From Ptychomitrium polyphyllum (taxonomy: Eukaryota), in assembly GCA_973851085.1 (NCBI GenBank), contig OZ316775.1, forward strand, positions 62,001-126,000: a stretch of 64,000 bases of DNA, read 5' to 3'. The notes under the pieces were generated by a model that worked only from the letters and a program-made list of their open reading frames with translations, searched no databases and had not been told where the DNA came from. Below, piece by piece: positions 36,362-49,697 of this stretch (position 1 is the stretch's first letter; each line of letters starts with the position of its first letter). The translations under genes and the position numbers were made by a program.

Positions 36362-39300
36362 ATAATGGTAGTAGCAGCCTTTATGTAAGGATACTTGATT
36401 TCTTATAAGTTTCCAAAAGTAAAATGTGGAAGACGGGATGTACCTTCATTGATGTCGGTAGTTCCAAATGATACGGCACATGGTTGATTTGTTTTTGCAT
36501 TTTGAATGGTCCCAATTTGCAATATCCAACTTGTTATATGGCCTACTAGTCTTTGTACTGCGTCAAAGGAGCCACACCTTCTCACCAATTTGGAATGGAA
36601 GTTGTTCCTTCCTTATTGCATCTGTTGCCGTTTTGTATCGTTCCCGAGCTTCTTTTAGTTGAGTCTTCATGGTTGTTTAAAGCTCTGCCATTCTTGTGGC
36701 AAATTCCCGTGCGGCTGGATTTTCAAATCGTAGAGGCTCAAATATATTCATCTTTGGATGATGTCCATAGTTGGAGTAAAATGGCGTTCGTTGGGTGGAA
36801 GCGTCACTAGTGTTGTTGTAAGCAAAGTTAGCCAATGTCAAATAGGAAGTCCAATCATCTTGTTAATAGTTGATTCACTTTGTTTGGCCATTGATCAAAG
36901 GATGCAATGCAAAAGAAAGTTTGATATCCACCTTAAGGATTTCAAAGAGCAACTTCCAAAATCTTAATACAAACTCTGGTCCATGATCTGATATAATATT
37001 GTTGGATAATCCATGGTAGCAATAGACATTATCCATGAAAAGTGTGGCAGTCTCTTCACCTATAATTGTCTTCTTGCAAAATACAAAATGTACCATCTTG
37101 ATCAACCGGTCTACCACAGCAAAGATGGAATAAAAAGAATTTGACAATGGAAGACCTATAATGAAATCCATTGAAAAAGACAACCACGGTTGCTTTGAAA
37201 TAGGTAATGGTTGGAAAGTCCATATGAACAGTGTTGAGGGTTTTTCGACCTAGAGCAGGTATCACACAAGAGTACAAATTCCTTAACGACCTTCCACATT
37301 TGAGACCACCAAAAGTCTTGAGAGAAGAATTCTAAGGTTTTAATGAATCTAAAATGTCCAATTGTAGGAAGGTTATGATGTGTCTAAAGTACAAAAAGGC
37401 AAACTGGTTCTACAAGAATATATAAACGTTTTTTAAAATAGAGAAGTTTTTTATTTGATTTGAACTTAGACAAATCTTCAGAAAATTTGTTAGAACAATG
37501 CATGATATCAAGAATAAGAGGGTCGTTGGTAGGTGCTGCATGCACTTGGTCAAAGAACGATGAATCCATTGGAGTTGAAATGGTGGATGTGTGTATACAA
37601 ATTTGTTCGGATTTCAACAAAAATACTCGTTATGAATTGTGTGCTGCCTCTTCCTTCTTTGGCGCAATGTATGATTTCTTTGATAAAGCATGTGATAATC
37701 CTTGTTGTTTATCGGATAGATATATGATGCAAAAATCAAATCAATATAGAGACATATTCCAACGAACTTGGCGGCAATTTAAAATATGGGCTGACATGAA
37801 ATATTTCAAGTTTTTATGATTTGTATATATAATAACTCGATGCGTGGCACCCTTGAGAAAGTGACTCCATTCTTGGAAGGAATCCACAATTACAAGGAGT
37901 TCCTTGTTGTAGATCTCATAGTTGATTTCTGCAATTGAAAATTTTCTGGAATGGAATGCAATCGGATGAAGTCTCCATTTTTCCCCCTTTTGTAACAAAA
38001 CTGCTCCTAGTGCAAAGTCAGAAGCATTTGTTTTAAGATAAAATTGCTTAAAAAAATTGAGAAGGACCAAAATAGGAGCTGTGGTAAAACCTCGCTTCAA
38101 AATTTGAAATGCGTCCTCAACTTTCCACCCAAGCTTTTCCTTGCATGTTAGTCGCGTAGGTGGTGTAGCTATTCAAGAATTTGGACGTTGGAATTGCATA
38201 CACAATAAAAGAAGCACCACTCTTTGTTGCCCTTATAAATGCTCTAGTTCCAATGAAGAGAGGCTTTATGATCTTTAATCTATAAGATGCTTTAGCTTTT
38301 TCCAAACTTAAACAAACAGGTATAATAAAACAAGAAGAAGAATGGATTGATAGAACATGACCTTTGTTTTCTTATGAAAGAAGCGGATCCAGCTGTTCAG
38401 TTCCTATTGTGGCTGAATGTCTTTGTTTTCTTGCAAAATATTTGGCATTGTGGTTGTATTTCTCATCCAATATGTACGTAGAGGTTTCTTTGGGCAGTTA
38501 TCAACCTTGTGGCTAATTTTTCCATAGTACAAACACAATTCATGCTCCCTTTGCAGCTTCTTTTCATGTTAAATAAGGAGCTTGAAGTGAACCGCATCAA
38601 TTAGACCTCCAAACACTTGATGAAGCCATTAGTCAAGCTTTGAAGTGCAATAATCGTTTATTTCAACGTTGACAAGATAAATAGGCTTTTATTACGCCTC
38701 GGCTATATACCAACTTTTTAGTAGCTGCAGCACTTCAAAGCTATAACACTTGATGAAGCCTCCAAACACTTGATGAAGTCTCCAAACACTTGATGAAGTG
38801 AACCAAGCTTGAAGCAAGGTAACAAGTTGAACTTGGTTTACAAAGCCTCTAAATTTCAAATGTGTACCATCAAACTTTTCTAGAAGGCTAATTCTTGGTT
38901 CTTTGGTTGGTGGCATTGAATTCCTAGCTTGAATTTGTACATCATCTACCAAATCAGGTCTAGATGATGAAGCACCTAAGTTGACTTGGGATGCAACTGC
39001 GGTGTTTTTGCTCCTTGACCATTGTGTATGATAAAATATAGTTCTTTATTTTACTTGGATAAAGTTTTAATTTTGATCTTCAATGCTTCAAAGGCATTGA
39101 TAATGGAATCTTACTTTGTTTCTTTTGAATCAGTCATATTGACTTCTTCACCTCCTAATATAGAAATGAAGTGGAAATAGATAAAAATTGCTATATATAC
39201 AAGAGACCAAAAAAAATTCAAGAGGAAATATTAGTCCAGAAGAAGGTAATCTGCAACTTCTAGAGTGCCATGGTGTTTTTGAAAAAGAGTGGTGATTTGC

Positions 39301-39714
39301 TCTCTATCAAGAAAGACCAAGCTCTGATATTGTTGTATGATAGTCTCGACAAACTATTATGGTTAAAGTAACTATGAGATAAGGCTTTCAGGATTTTAGA
39401 ATGTGGAACAAGATAAGTCCAAATACATTAGAGATAAAAAGCTACAACAAGGTACAAAAGACAAGGCCAGAAGGTCTGAACTAAATCACAAAAGATGCGT
39501 TGTTGAGACTGAATAACTCTTCAGCCTCAACTCTTAAATATTCTAGAACTACAAACCTTGGAAGCTTCTTGAGAAGCTTCACCTACATTGTTTCATAATC
39601 AAGCAACCTTGAGTTGCTTCCTTGGAAGTTTTTTAGGCCAAAGTAACTTCCTTAGAAGCTTCCTAAACCTTCTAAGAACCTATCTAGATGCTTCTAATAT
39701 GTATGTTTGTGACA
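36362..39714 (-). mobile_element. Degenerate gypsy element, family A2 (related to A, different 360-bp LTR at 39355-39714); RT deleted, part of gag inverted, 3' end truncated
   Basis: Gag KEPRISLLEKFDG; RNase H KTNASDFALGAVL...NYEIYNKELLVIV; integrase SMDFIIGLP and a GPF/HPVFH C-terminal module; LTR begins TGTCACAAAC on the minus strand. Confidence 0.88.
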
Positions 39715-40518
39715 GATAGAGCCTTAGGTAGCAACGTAATCTAGCACCTAAGGGCTCCTTTACACCTGTATAAGACGAGTAGAGTCTAAGTCTTAAGTAC
39801 TTTGGGCAAAAGAAAATAAAAATATATTAAGATAATCAAGGTGGAAATAGTCATATTCTATATATAAGCTCTTTGATTGTCATTCTAAGAACAATTTTAA
39901 AATGGTCAACGGTAAAAATAAGAATAAAAATCAATAATTATTGTCATATAAATTGCCATCTTATTTTCCGTTCATTGTTAAATTCTTTTTTTGAAAATAA
40001 TGGAAGAAGATAGAAAATCTTGCAAAAAAATTTGAATATTTTAACCAATCATATTGTTAAAATTCTCATACATGTGGCAAACAAATCTTCTCTCTTAAAC
40101 AATGGTTTAAATTATAAAGTGGTTCAAATTGTGATCCTTATCTAATTGTATCTTAATATAAATTTTAGGTATCCAAAGATAATTACAATAAGAATGTACA
40201 TAGTTAGAAAATCAAAGCTTAAAGAAAATTTTGAATGTATCTTTGAAAGGTACTTCAAAAATTTGACAATCAGTTTATACAAATGTTTGAATGGTATATT
40301 TTGAGATGTACTAGAATTTTTTAGATGATTATTTGTTGGCTTATTTTTTACTTTTATCAATTTAATATTTTTTTGGAAAGCTTATATGATTAAGATTTGA
40401 CAAAGATATCTTATTATAAATATCTTTTGAAAATGGTAATGTGCGATGCAATAGTAGTTGCTTAATTTTGGATGTGTTCTACAGCATTTGAAATTTGTAT
40501 GTTAACTCTTGAAAGACG

Positions 40519-41152
40519 TATTACGTACATAGATCATGCAACATAGTCTTTAAAACCTTTTAGAAACTTCTAGTATATTATAGTAGCTTCTTAGAATACT
40601 TTCAAATGTCTCCATAAACGTTTCTACGTTTTTAGAAAATTTCTTAGGAAGATTCCATCATCTTTAGAAACTTCTTAAGAAGATTGCATTACCTCAAGAA
40701 ACTTCGTAGAAAGGTTATAGTTTAATAAAAAACTTCCTAGAAAGGTTCCACCACCTTAGGAAATTTCCAATGAAGATTCCATCACCTCAAGAAATTCCTT
40801 AGAAAAGTTTTAGCTCTTTAAGAAACTTTCTGGGGAGGTTCCACTACTTTAGAGAATTTCTAAGGAAGATTCCTATTCCTTGGAAGCTTCTTAGGAAGGT
40901 TCTATAGACTTTTAAAACATTCTTAAGCCTTATAGGAAGCTTTTTTAGAAATATTGTAAGAGATACAAGCGTCATAAAATAAATAGGAGGCAAGACAAGG
41001 TATTCTTTAGTCGTGCCAATACAAGTTGTGGATCATTTTATATTGTGCCTTGTTTGAGTCTTTGTATTAAGTTCTTATTAATTATTAGTTCTTTGGAAGC
41101 TAATTCTTGGAAAATACTTTGGTTTTGCTTTTTGTTTCTTGTGTCTTTAATA
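40519..41152 (+). mobile_element. Solo LTR, family A (degraded)
   Basis: TATTACGTACATAGATCATG...GTGTCTTTAATA matches the family A LTR; TSD AGACG/AGATG. Confidence 0.88.
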
Positions 41153-42139
41153 AGATGTCCTAATGAACTATTAATTCCTAAAAGATCCCATAAGATGGAC
41201 TATCTTATTACCACATAAATTGATGAATTGACAAAGTTCATTTAATAAGACAATATTAAGTTGGATTTACTTGTAGCTTTAAAGATACTTATAACTTTGA
41301 AGATACTTATATTGAATATGTTGATAAAAGCCTTGACTTATGGTAGGCAATGAGGCAAAAGTCCACTTGGTGACAAATCTTAAAATAAGTTTGATTGACC
41401 TTTTATTAGAAATATAATATAATAATAGAAATAGTGATAGAAAAGTTTTTGTGAGTTCTAGTATATAAGGGAGTTGTAGCCAAATGCACAGACATTTGAG
41501 AATCATTTAATAACCTTGTGTTTTGTGATGAAGAGAGTATTTTTGAATTAATGTCGTGTTATGGAATTTATTTAGAATTATGGAATTATAGATGTGGATT
41601 TTGTAATTGTAACTACAATATATAAGTGACTACAATATATAAAGGGTGAGAGTATTTTAAGTTATAAAGGAGTTAGTGTTATGTTGTAATTGATGTTGAC
41701 AATTATTCTTCAACAATTTACACCTTAACATGAATAAGCCAAATGCGCATTTGCAGAATTGGGTGATGTTTTATTCTAAAGCTTCATTTTTGCCAGACAG
41801 GCATGAAAAGAGGCACGAGTTTTTCTATTCCCCACTTCAAGGCTCCAGGAAGAAAACGCTTCTGGCAATGTTGAGTCAGCACCAGAAATGTCTTTCCATA
41901 ATAAGTGGCCTGTTTAATACAGTTATGCACTTGTCTTATTGTCAACTTACAGATATCTATGTGCTTTCCATTAAACACTCAAACTTGGAAGAAGCTGTTT
42001 TATTACAAATTAGTAGCCACTTGTTGGAATTCAACAATGGTTTCCAGAGAACGTTTAGGGCCAGATTAACTTTATTCAAATGGGTCAAAACAAAGTGTGA
42101 ACTAAAATTACCGTCTCACTAATTGGAACGATCCCTAGC

Positions 42140-43580
42140 TCACATGCTTCCTTTTATATTGAGATGTGTTAAGCGTCTTGTAGTATTTGTAATGGATTTC
42201 TAGCCTACTTAACTTTTAGTGAATAAATTTGATGGTTAATATCTTTTGTAGCCTAACAAGAGATGTTTAACTTTATATAACTAAGTGGCTAGCAATTACC
42301 ATGACTAGTGGTCACAAAGCGTAAACTAAATGAGTTCCCACTAATTAATGGACTTACTAATTTCTAACGTGGTCTCGTGTTGTTACAAGCCGCCAGGGGC
42401 AGGGCCACCTAAATTTAGGCACTTTAGTTGAGTTGCCCGCTACCATTTCCTCTTGCTGCTATCTAATCGCGGCCCTTGCTGCAATCGACTTCCCAACTCT
42501 TGCCTTTGATTTTGCACCTTCACCTCCTTCCGGCCTAACTCAAGTCTGTTGCCGTAGTTTTTGGTTTCCAGTTGTAACTCCTTGGCTATTGTTGCTCTGA
42601 AACTGTTGTAACATTGCATAGATTGCTACCAAGCCAATTAACTTGCAACTGCCATGTATGTGCCAAAGATTTAGCAGCAAGCTGTCTACTACGGGGCTGT
42701 ACGAGCCCAATTTCTTTTGCAAATACTTGTTCTTTGATTGCCTGTTTTTTGCTTGACCTCATGCTCTTCTACTTGTCTGATAAGGTATCGTTTATCCCTA
42801 AGCAAGCTCAAGAGGAAGGGAAAAAAAAACAACTACAAAGTCCTAACTAAATTAGGGTTGTTTTCCTCTTTTACACTCTTACAAACACTTGCTAATTCTT
42901 ACTCCACCTATTCCTTCCTAAAACTATTGCATCAATCTTAATGTTTGCTTACTTCTTTTCCACTTCTACCAAACTTACTTGCTATTCTTTCATTTTCTTT
43001 AAAACTCTCTTCCAAGACTTTCTTCTAAGAGACTTCTTCCTCCCTTTCTACTACTAATTCAATTCTTTATAATTCCAATCTTCTAAATCTTGCTCCTCCA
43101 AGACTCCTTCAAACTACTCTAATTACTCCTTAAATACCCTCTTCCAATTTTTGAATTTCCTAACCAAATTATAACTACAATATTTCCCTAACTCTAGAAT
43201 TTCTAAAAATAGGTGCAGTTCTAAAATCAACTACTATTCTATATTTTGACTATCTTTCTAAATTTAGCTTTGATTCTAAAATTAGTAGCTCTTTTAGATT
43301 TTGACTATCATTCTAAATTTAGTTGCAGTTCTAAAATCGGTAGCAAATGTATCCAACTTGTAGAATTCATCTTGCTTTCTATACTTCCATCCTTGCATTG
43401 GCCTTAAGTGTCATGGACCATGAGCATCTACCTACTTGCCCTTTACTTCCTTTAATAACAACTATAATCCAACTTCTTTTGCCCTAATTAGACCTAATCT
43501 CTTCTACAATGTTAAATTCTGTCATTTTTCTAAGAAATTTTTTATAATGAGCTAATTCTACAGCTCACACAAAGTGTCCT
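42140..43580. repeat. AT-rich LTR-like repeat, probably related to family C LTRs
   Basis: 43200-43580 shares motifs (TCTAAATTTAGCT-like repeats, CATGAGCAT, GCCCTAATTAG(A/G)CCTAA...TCTACA) with 60750-61230. Left boundary unclear. Confidence 0.5.
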
Positions 43581-44959
43581 CTTTATATTTGATCAAGAAG
43601 TACCTAAAGTCACTTGCTAAAAGTCTGAAAGCAAGTGTGATGAGCTGCATATACAAGTGATCATAGAGGGGTGGTTTCTAAAAGAAAGGTACTACATTGA
43701 CAATCTTTTTATCTTCTCCCTATTTCTCAAAGACACATTAAGCAAAGAACTCTTATCTGAAATTGAAGCAAAATCTACCTTTTTCATAAGAAATGAAATC
43801 TCAAAAGAAACCTTAGCTACAATAGTAGAAATAAATGTGCTCCATAATTCCTTCACAAATATGTGCTCCAATATAATACACAAGTTAAATATATGTATCA
43901 TAAAATCCTTACTTCACCATGGCTTTTAGTGGTCTTTACTTTTGGTTTTATAAAATTTAATACTTTTTATAAAATGTTGTTTTTATTTTATAAAGTGCTA
44001 GCCACGTAATGAACTTTCATCCTTATGCTTTGATTAAGTTAAAAGAGATATTCTTAATAAACATTTATAGCCTTCATTAAAATATTATTATGTTAAATAT
44101 ATTCTAGCTGGTATTTAGTATCACCAATTGTGAATATCTTCTTATGATACCAAATGTAAATTACCAAACCACTTCTGCCAATTGCCAATAGTAAGCATCA
44201 ACAAGCCTTTAATTGGGACAACAAGGCACTATGTAGGATGTTTATGAACAACGTCCTCATAGAGTAATTTGCCACGATAGTAAACGTCATTTTGCACTTG
44301 ATGCTATTATTTGCGTAGTTTGGACCATACTGACCAGGTTTTAGTTCTAGCTGGCGTTGATTTTAGCTGAGCCCTGTCGGATACGGTGTCCTCTACATCA
44401 TGTAAGATTTTACTTATACAGAGTACACTATTGTTAATAATGGCAGTTTGAAATTTCATAGCATCGGTTTTCCAAGTTTGACAGGGTGCCACAAGGTATT
44501 TTCTGGCAGGTTTACGATCATTGGCGCTGTGGATTATGACCCAATAGAAATCATTTAGAACTCCACACTGACGGCAGGCTGCAGCATGATGCCATAAACT
44601 ACAGTATGAGCTGCTACATAGGTTGCAGTACCAGAGAGCCTGAATGATGATTACAAGGGCATCAAGCCACAGCCAATCGAGGCTACTACATGCCAAAGAA
44701 ACACATAATCTCAAACTCAATACATTTTGTTCGATCATGCGGCAGTATGAGTACACAACTTATTCATACAGCAAGAAATTTACACCTTTAGCTTGTTTAG
44801 TCTTATTTCTTCTGAAGAAAAATCTGAACTGACCTGTTTCAGGTCCCCCTTATCAATAGTTCATACGTCAGCAGTTAAATACCATGTTAAAGCCCTACTC
44901 AATCTACTCCGCCAATAATAACTCGTCAGATTTGCTGATTTATATGTTTTACAGATTTT

Positions 44960-47900
44960 TTAAGAACTGAACTCTCGAGAAAGTAGAGTGGTGACTTCAC
45001 CACCAGACCGAGAGTGACGATGATATCTGGCCTTTCGTTGTCTTTGTAGAGAAGATTTGTTCCTGGAGAACAAAGTCGACACTATGAGCAAGAAAAAGCT
45101 AACCAACAGAGTCCAGAGCAACACCATCCAGAATTTGGGACTGATAAGAATGGGAATGCTTCTCAGTGCCTTCGACCTGTTCTTCAGCATCCTCTTCATA
45201 GACTTGATCCGGCTTGCTTTTCGATCTCTCGGATGCTCACCACCCGACTCACCTTCCAGTTTCGTTTGGATCACTTCCTTCGATGCTTTGAGTGGCTCCT
45301 CTTGTGCTGGTGGGTCCCGGCAGCCCCTCTTGACATGGTGCAAGTGAAGAGCCTCATTGAGTGTCCGAACGCATTCAATACTGATGCTATCACGGTCGAG
45401 CTCGTGGGTTAAGAGTGACTTGGGAAGAGTAGATTGGTCTGGCGGATCAGGGAAACGTTGCCAGCAGTTGTTGGTCATGTCTTTCTCTCGCCACTCCTGT
45501 TTGTCGAAGTACCAGTCGCCAACGCTGAATTTCAACCCGTAGTGAAGCAGACGCGGCAGTGTGTGGGGCTCATAGCCAGGGTACATCATGATGTCATTGC
45601 GCCGCTTGTGCTTCAAGTTGATCTAACAAAAAGCACTTGTCAGCAATTACAGAAACGTGAAGTGCTAATTCATCTGCCCATCCTTTCATGGACCCGGATT
45701 AACCCTCGTATTTTCATTACTCATTCGGTAAATAAACACCAGGTGTTCAAAACTTTTATTTCTGAAACTGCTAATATGCCAGTAAACCAAGCAATGAATG
45801 ACCTATCTTGCAGAGTAGATTCCACAAAATTTGTATCAAGAAATTATGGCCTAAGTTGAAATAATAAATATGAGCAAAACAAAACGAGTTCTTAATCAAC
45901 TCATGAGTCATTCAAGCCTGACTAAACTTGACCATACTTAACCATAGGTACACCTAACCAACTTGCATTAGCTAAGAGCAAGTCCTAGTTAGAGCATACA
46001 GTGATGGGAATTTACCTCAGCTGCACCAAAGGCGTACCCATACATTTCACTAATCCAGCCTTGCTGGTACATATCTCCAGTAAAATTACTGGCCCAGTGC
46101 GCTTTATCTGCCCGAATTTCCTCTGTTTTATGGAGCCAGAAAGGGGCCAACCGACGAAGATCGTCGATATGAATGATAAGGACTCCACCCACTTTGCTAC
46201 AAGCTTGTGGGTTTCTTGTGTGGAGTTGAGCTAGAATATTGTCACACCCAATTAAATAGCTGCAAAAAAAGATTCTACTTAGAGCTGAATTCTCGTAAGA
46301 CAATATTATTGCAACATAAAAATTGCTGAGTAATAAAAAAGAATAAGAATGAAGCTTACTCATATGGGGCTGCAACAACAAGATCTTTTTCTGCGCCAAA
46401 ATCCCAAGGGGTAATAGGTCCCCTCATTAACATATCCGCGTCAAGAATGATAATAAACTCTGCATCTGTTCGTACATGGTTCAACCAGTGAAGTACAGCT
46501 GCTGGCTTGTTGATGGCCGGATACCTAAAAGCAACAATTTAGCAACGCATAAGTTCCTATGGAAACCAAACTATATTAAATTTACATCCAAGCCCTGCTG
46601 AGCTTCGAAATAACCAACTCCAAACAGAGGGAACATGTAACCAAAAAGTCTGAGAATATGTAAGGAAATGAACACCAGAAACCAAATAAAGATATTAATT
46701 CGCTCACCAGTCGCCAGTGAGCGGATGGAGGCTCATAGAAGGGACGACATGAGTTGGCGCCAGGTTCATGCCTCTATAAGTCTTGAGACTCTCGTCTGTG
46801 CAGCTTAGCAACCGAGTGATGTAACCTGGCTGCTTACTCTGTTCGAAGCTATGCACAAGCCCAACTGTTTGCCAGTCGAAATATGGGGTACACTCGGCGG
46901 AGAAAAGTGTGTGTATGCGAGGATAATACAGCTGTGCTGGTTGTCGATCTAGTTGCGGTAGTCTGTGAGCTTCCTCAAGTGCACTTTTCTTCAAAAACTT
47001 GACGTAGTCTGTTTCCTCCATTGTTGGACACGCATGCTCCTCGTGATGGATAACAAGTCCTTCGTTGATTGTGTTGATGCACTCTAGGCTTAAAAGATCA
47101 GCTCGCAATTGATTTTGTTCAGGCTGCGTTTTTTCAACCTGAATCACACAACAGACCGCACAAGTGCCAAGATTCAAGTGAATAACCTTCAGTTCCAATG
47201 TTTGACGAAATATGTCTTTACAACATCGAATATGGAGAACCCGATCATGGGAAGGCTTGGAGAACTGAAAATAGAAAGGATAAGACGTATAACTAGGAAT
47301 TAACGCTATGTGGCAGAAACAGAGCATACCTCGTAAGAGTAAGGAGGAGCCGGAAACAAACGATTGCATTCGTGAACGAGATCGTCCTCATGGTGGTCCA
47401 GCTTTGCAAACTCCCAATTCCCAACTTTAAATGGGAGTCCATAATGCATCAATAAGGGCTCTACACCTGATATTGGTATATAGCCAGGGTAGATCATCAC
47501 TTCGTCATCGATTTTATGGCGCAATCCCACCTATTCGTGCAAAAATCAGATAATTAGAATTAAGAAAGACTTTAAAATATATCAAAAGCTACTTTGAGGG
47601 CTTCCCTACGCAGATGATAAAACACCTACTCTGAAACTATATCAGCACAGAACAAAGTAAAATCAAGAGAGCATACCTCAGCAGCTCCAAAGGAATACCC
47701 ATACATTTCACTAATCCATCCTTTTCCATAAACGTCACCAGTTATGTTAGTTGCCCAGTGCTCTCGATCATTCCGCACTTCTTCAGTTTTTGAAAGCCAG
47801 AGCGGGGCGAACTTATGCAAGTCCTCTATGTGCATCATGATAAACCCTCCAACTTTGTCACATAAATCTGGATGTTTTGTATGCAGCTTGGCAAGCTCAT

Positions 47901-48896
47901 TGTCACATCCTATCAAGTACCTGCATGTAATAATGCATATTTAGCCTCATTAATTCTGGTGAACCCCTCTTGATGATGTTTTCTGTGTCACTTGATTACA
48001 TTTGCGTGTGGCACTTACCCATATCGAGCAGCAACTGGTTTCCCCTTCTCAGCTCCAAGAGCCCAGGGAGTGATTGGGTGCCGGATGATTTGGTCTGCAT
48101 CTAGAATGAGTACCCAATCAACGTGTTTAGCATCTTTGCTATTCTCGAGCCAGTGAACTACGCCTGCAGGTTTGTTAATCGCTGGATACCTGTTAAAACA
48201 TCCATGTCTAGGTAAACAAATCAATAGTAGAAGCTCAACGAAACGACACTGAAAAGCAGAGGTATGAATAGGCCACAATAATTTACAAATGCTTAAAGTC
48301 TGCCAGATGCCTAACAGAATATACATACTAAACCACGTTCCTTGTGAACCCTAAAAGTCAACTTTCAATGCAATAGATGCAGCACAGGAAGAGGGAATTG
48401 ACTTACAAGCATAGGCAAGTGGTAAACGTGATTTGAAGGTATGTTTAGTGGTGGAGTGGACACGAGCAAAAGAAAATACTGGATTTAATGAGAAGTATAC
48501 AGATAAGTAGAGATTAATGTACCAATCTCCAGTGATTGGGTGTTGGCTCATGGAAGGGACCTTGAGAGTTGGGGCCAAGTCCATTCCACGGTAACCCTCC
48601 AGTTGCTCATCGGTGCAGCTGAGCAGACGCGTAACAGGCCCCGGTTGCCTACTTTTCCTGAAACTATGGATGATGCCCACCGTCTGCCAGTCGAAGTACA
48701 CATGACACTCCACAGAGAACAGAGTATGCATGCGCCAGGGGCTCTTCAGGGCACCTTTGCTGAGGTCCGGAAAATCGTTCACAATGCTTTCGGCTATAGC
48801 CATACGAAAAGCAACATAGTCGAGGGACCATAGACTTAACATACTCCACAGAATCAAATTTTGCAGGCGCTCACACTTAGTTCTAAGAGCTGCCAT
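44960..48896 (-). CDS. SERGT1: Peptidyl serine alpha-galactosyltransferase (SGT1/SERGT1 family), 830 aa; exons 48523-48896, 48019-48189, 47677-47920, 47330-47530, 46708-47138, 46360-46524, 46016-46259, 44960-45622
   Basis: GT-AG splicing gives an open 2493-nt CDS with two copies of HTLFS.EC..YFDWQTVG...RLLSCTDE...HP.TGDWYPAINKPA...LDAD...GWISEMYGY.FGAAE, an N-terminal hydrophobic stretch and a C-terminal TM segment (FWMVLLWTLLVSFFLLIV). Confidence 0.92.
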
Positions 48897-49606
48897 TTGG
48901 GTTAGTCCTAGATAGATTCCCAGATGCTCAAAAATGTTTTCTCTAACAATATCGCCTCGTCATAGCTCAAATTGATCTCCAGTTCTGATGAGCTCTCAAA
49001 CTCATATAGAAGCGTAAGAAACTGTAGCCCTCCTAAAAACATTCAGACTGATGACCTGAAATTGCTCTAAGTAAAACACCATAAGCATCTCTCCTACCAA
49101 ACCCCTGTCTTCACATTTCGCTGCAAAAAAAGCCGTGAGGCTTGAAAATTATTCACAAGTAGCTCAAGTCTTCACCCTGATGACAATGACAGGTGCAGAG
49201 AGCAGGACAGCAGTTTTTTCGAAAACTTTCATCCGTAGCCGTGTGGAGCCCAATAAGGAAAAGCACCACGCTGCTAGCTCAGAGCCCCAAATGTAGCTAC
49301 GAATTAACAATTAACTATGCTGTAAACTCCACTTGTGAAGTCGTTTGTGAACTCCCGATCATAAGAACGAGCCTAAGGAAATCCTACACTGCCATGGAGA
49401 TGTAGAATGCGTAAGGCTCCAAAGGAAAAAGAAAGAAAACAAATCCTCGCCTAGTTAATTTTTTCCGTCTGCCATGACGGAAACGGAGCTCCATGAATGA
49501 ATTGCCACTGCCGAGTGAGCTAAGTGGTATTCAATCGTGCTCTGTTGTGTCGTCTGCTCACACATTCCCTTCACCAGTTGGTAAGAAAACAAGCGGTACG
49601 TAGACT

Positions 49607-49607
<1 letters not shown>

Positions 49608-49693
<86 letters not shown>
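49608..49693. repeat. (CT)43 microsatellite upstream of SERGT1
   Basis: Seen directly. Confidence 0.97.
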
Positions 49694-49697
<4 letters not shown>

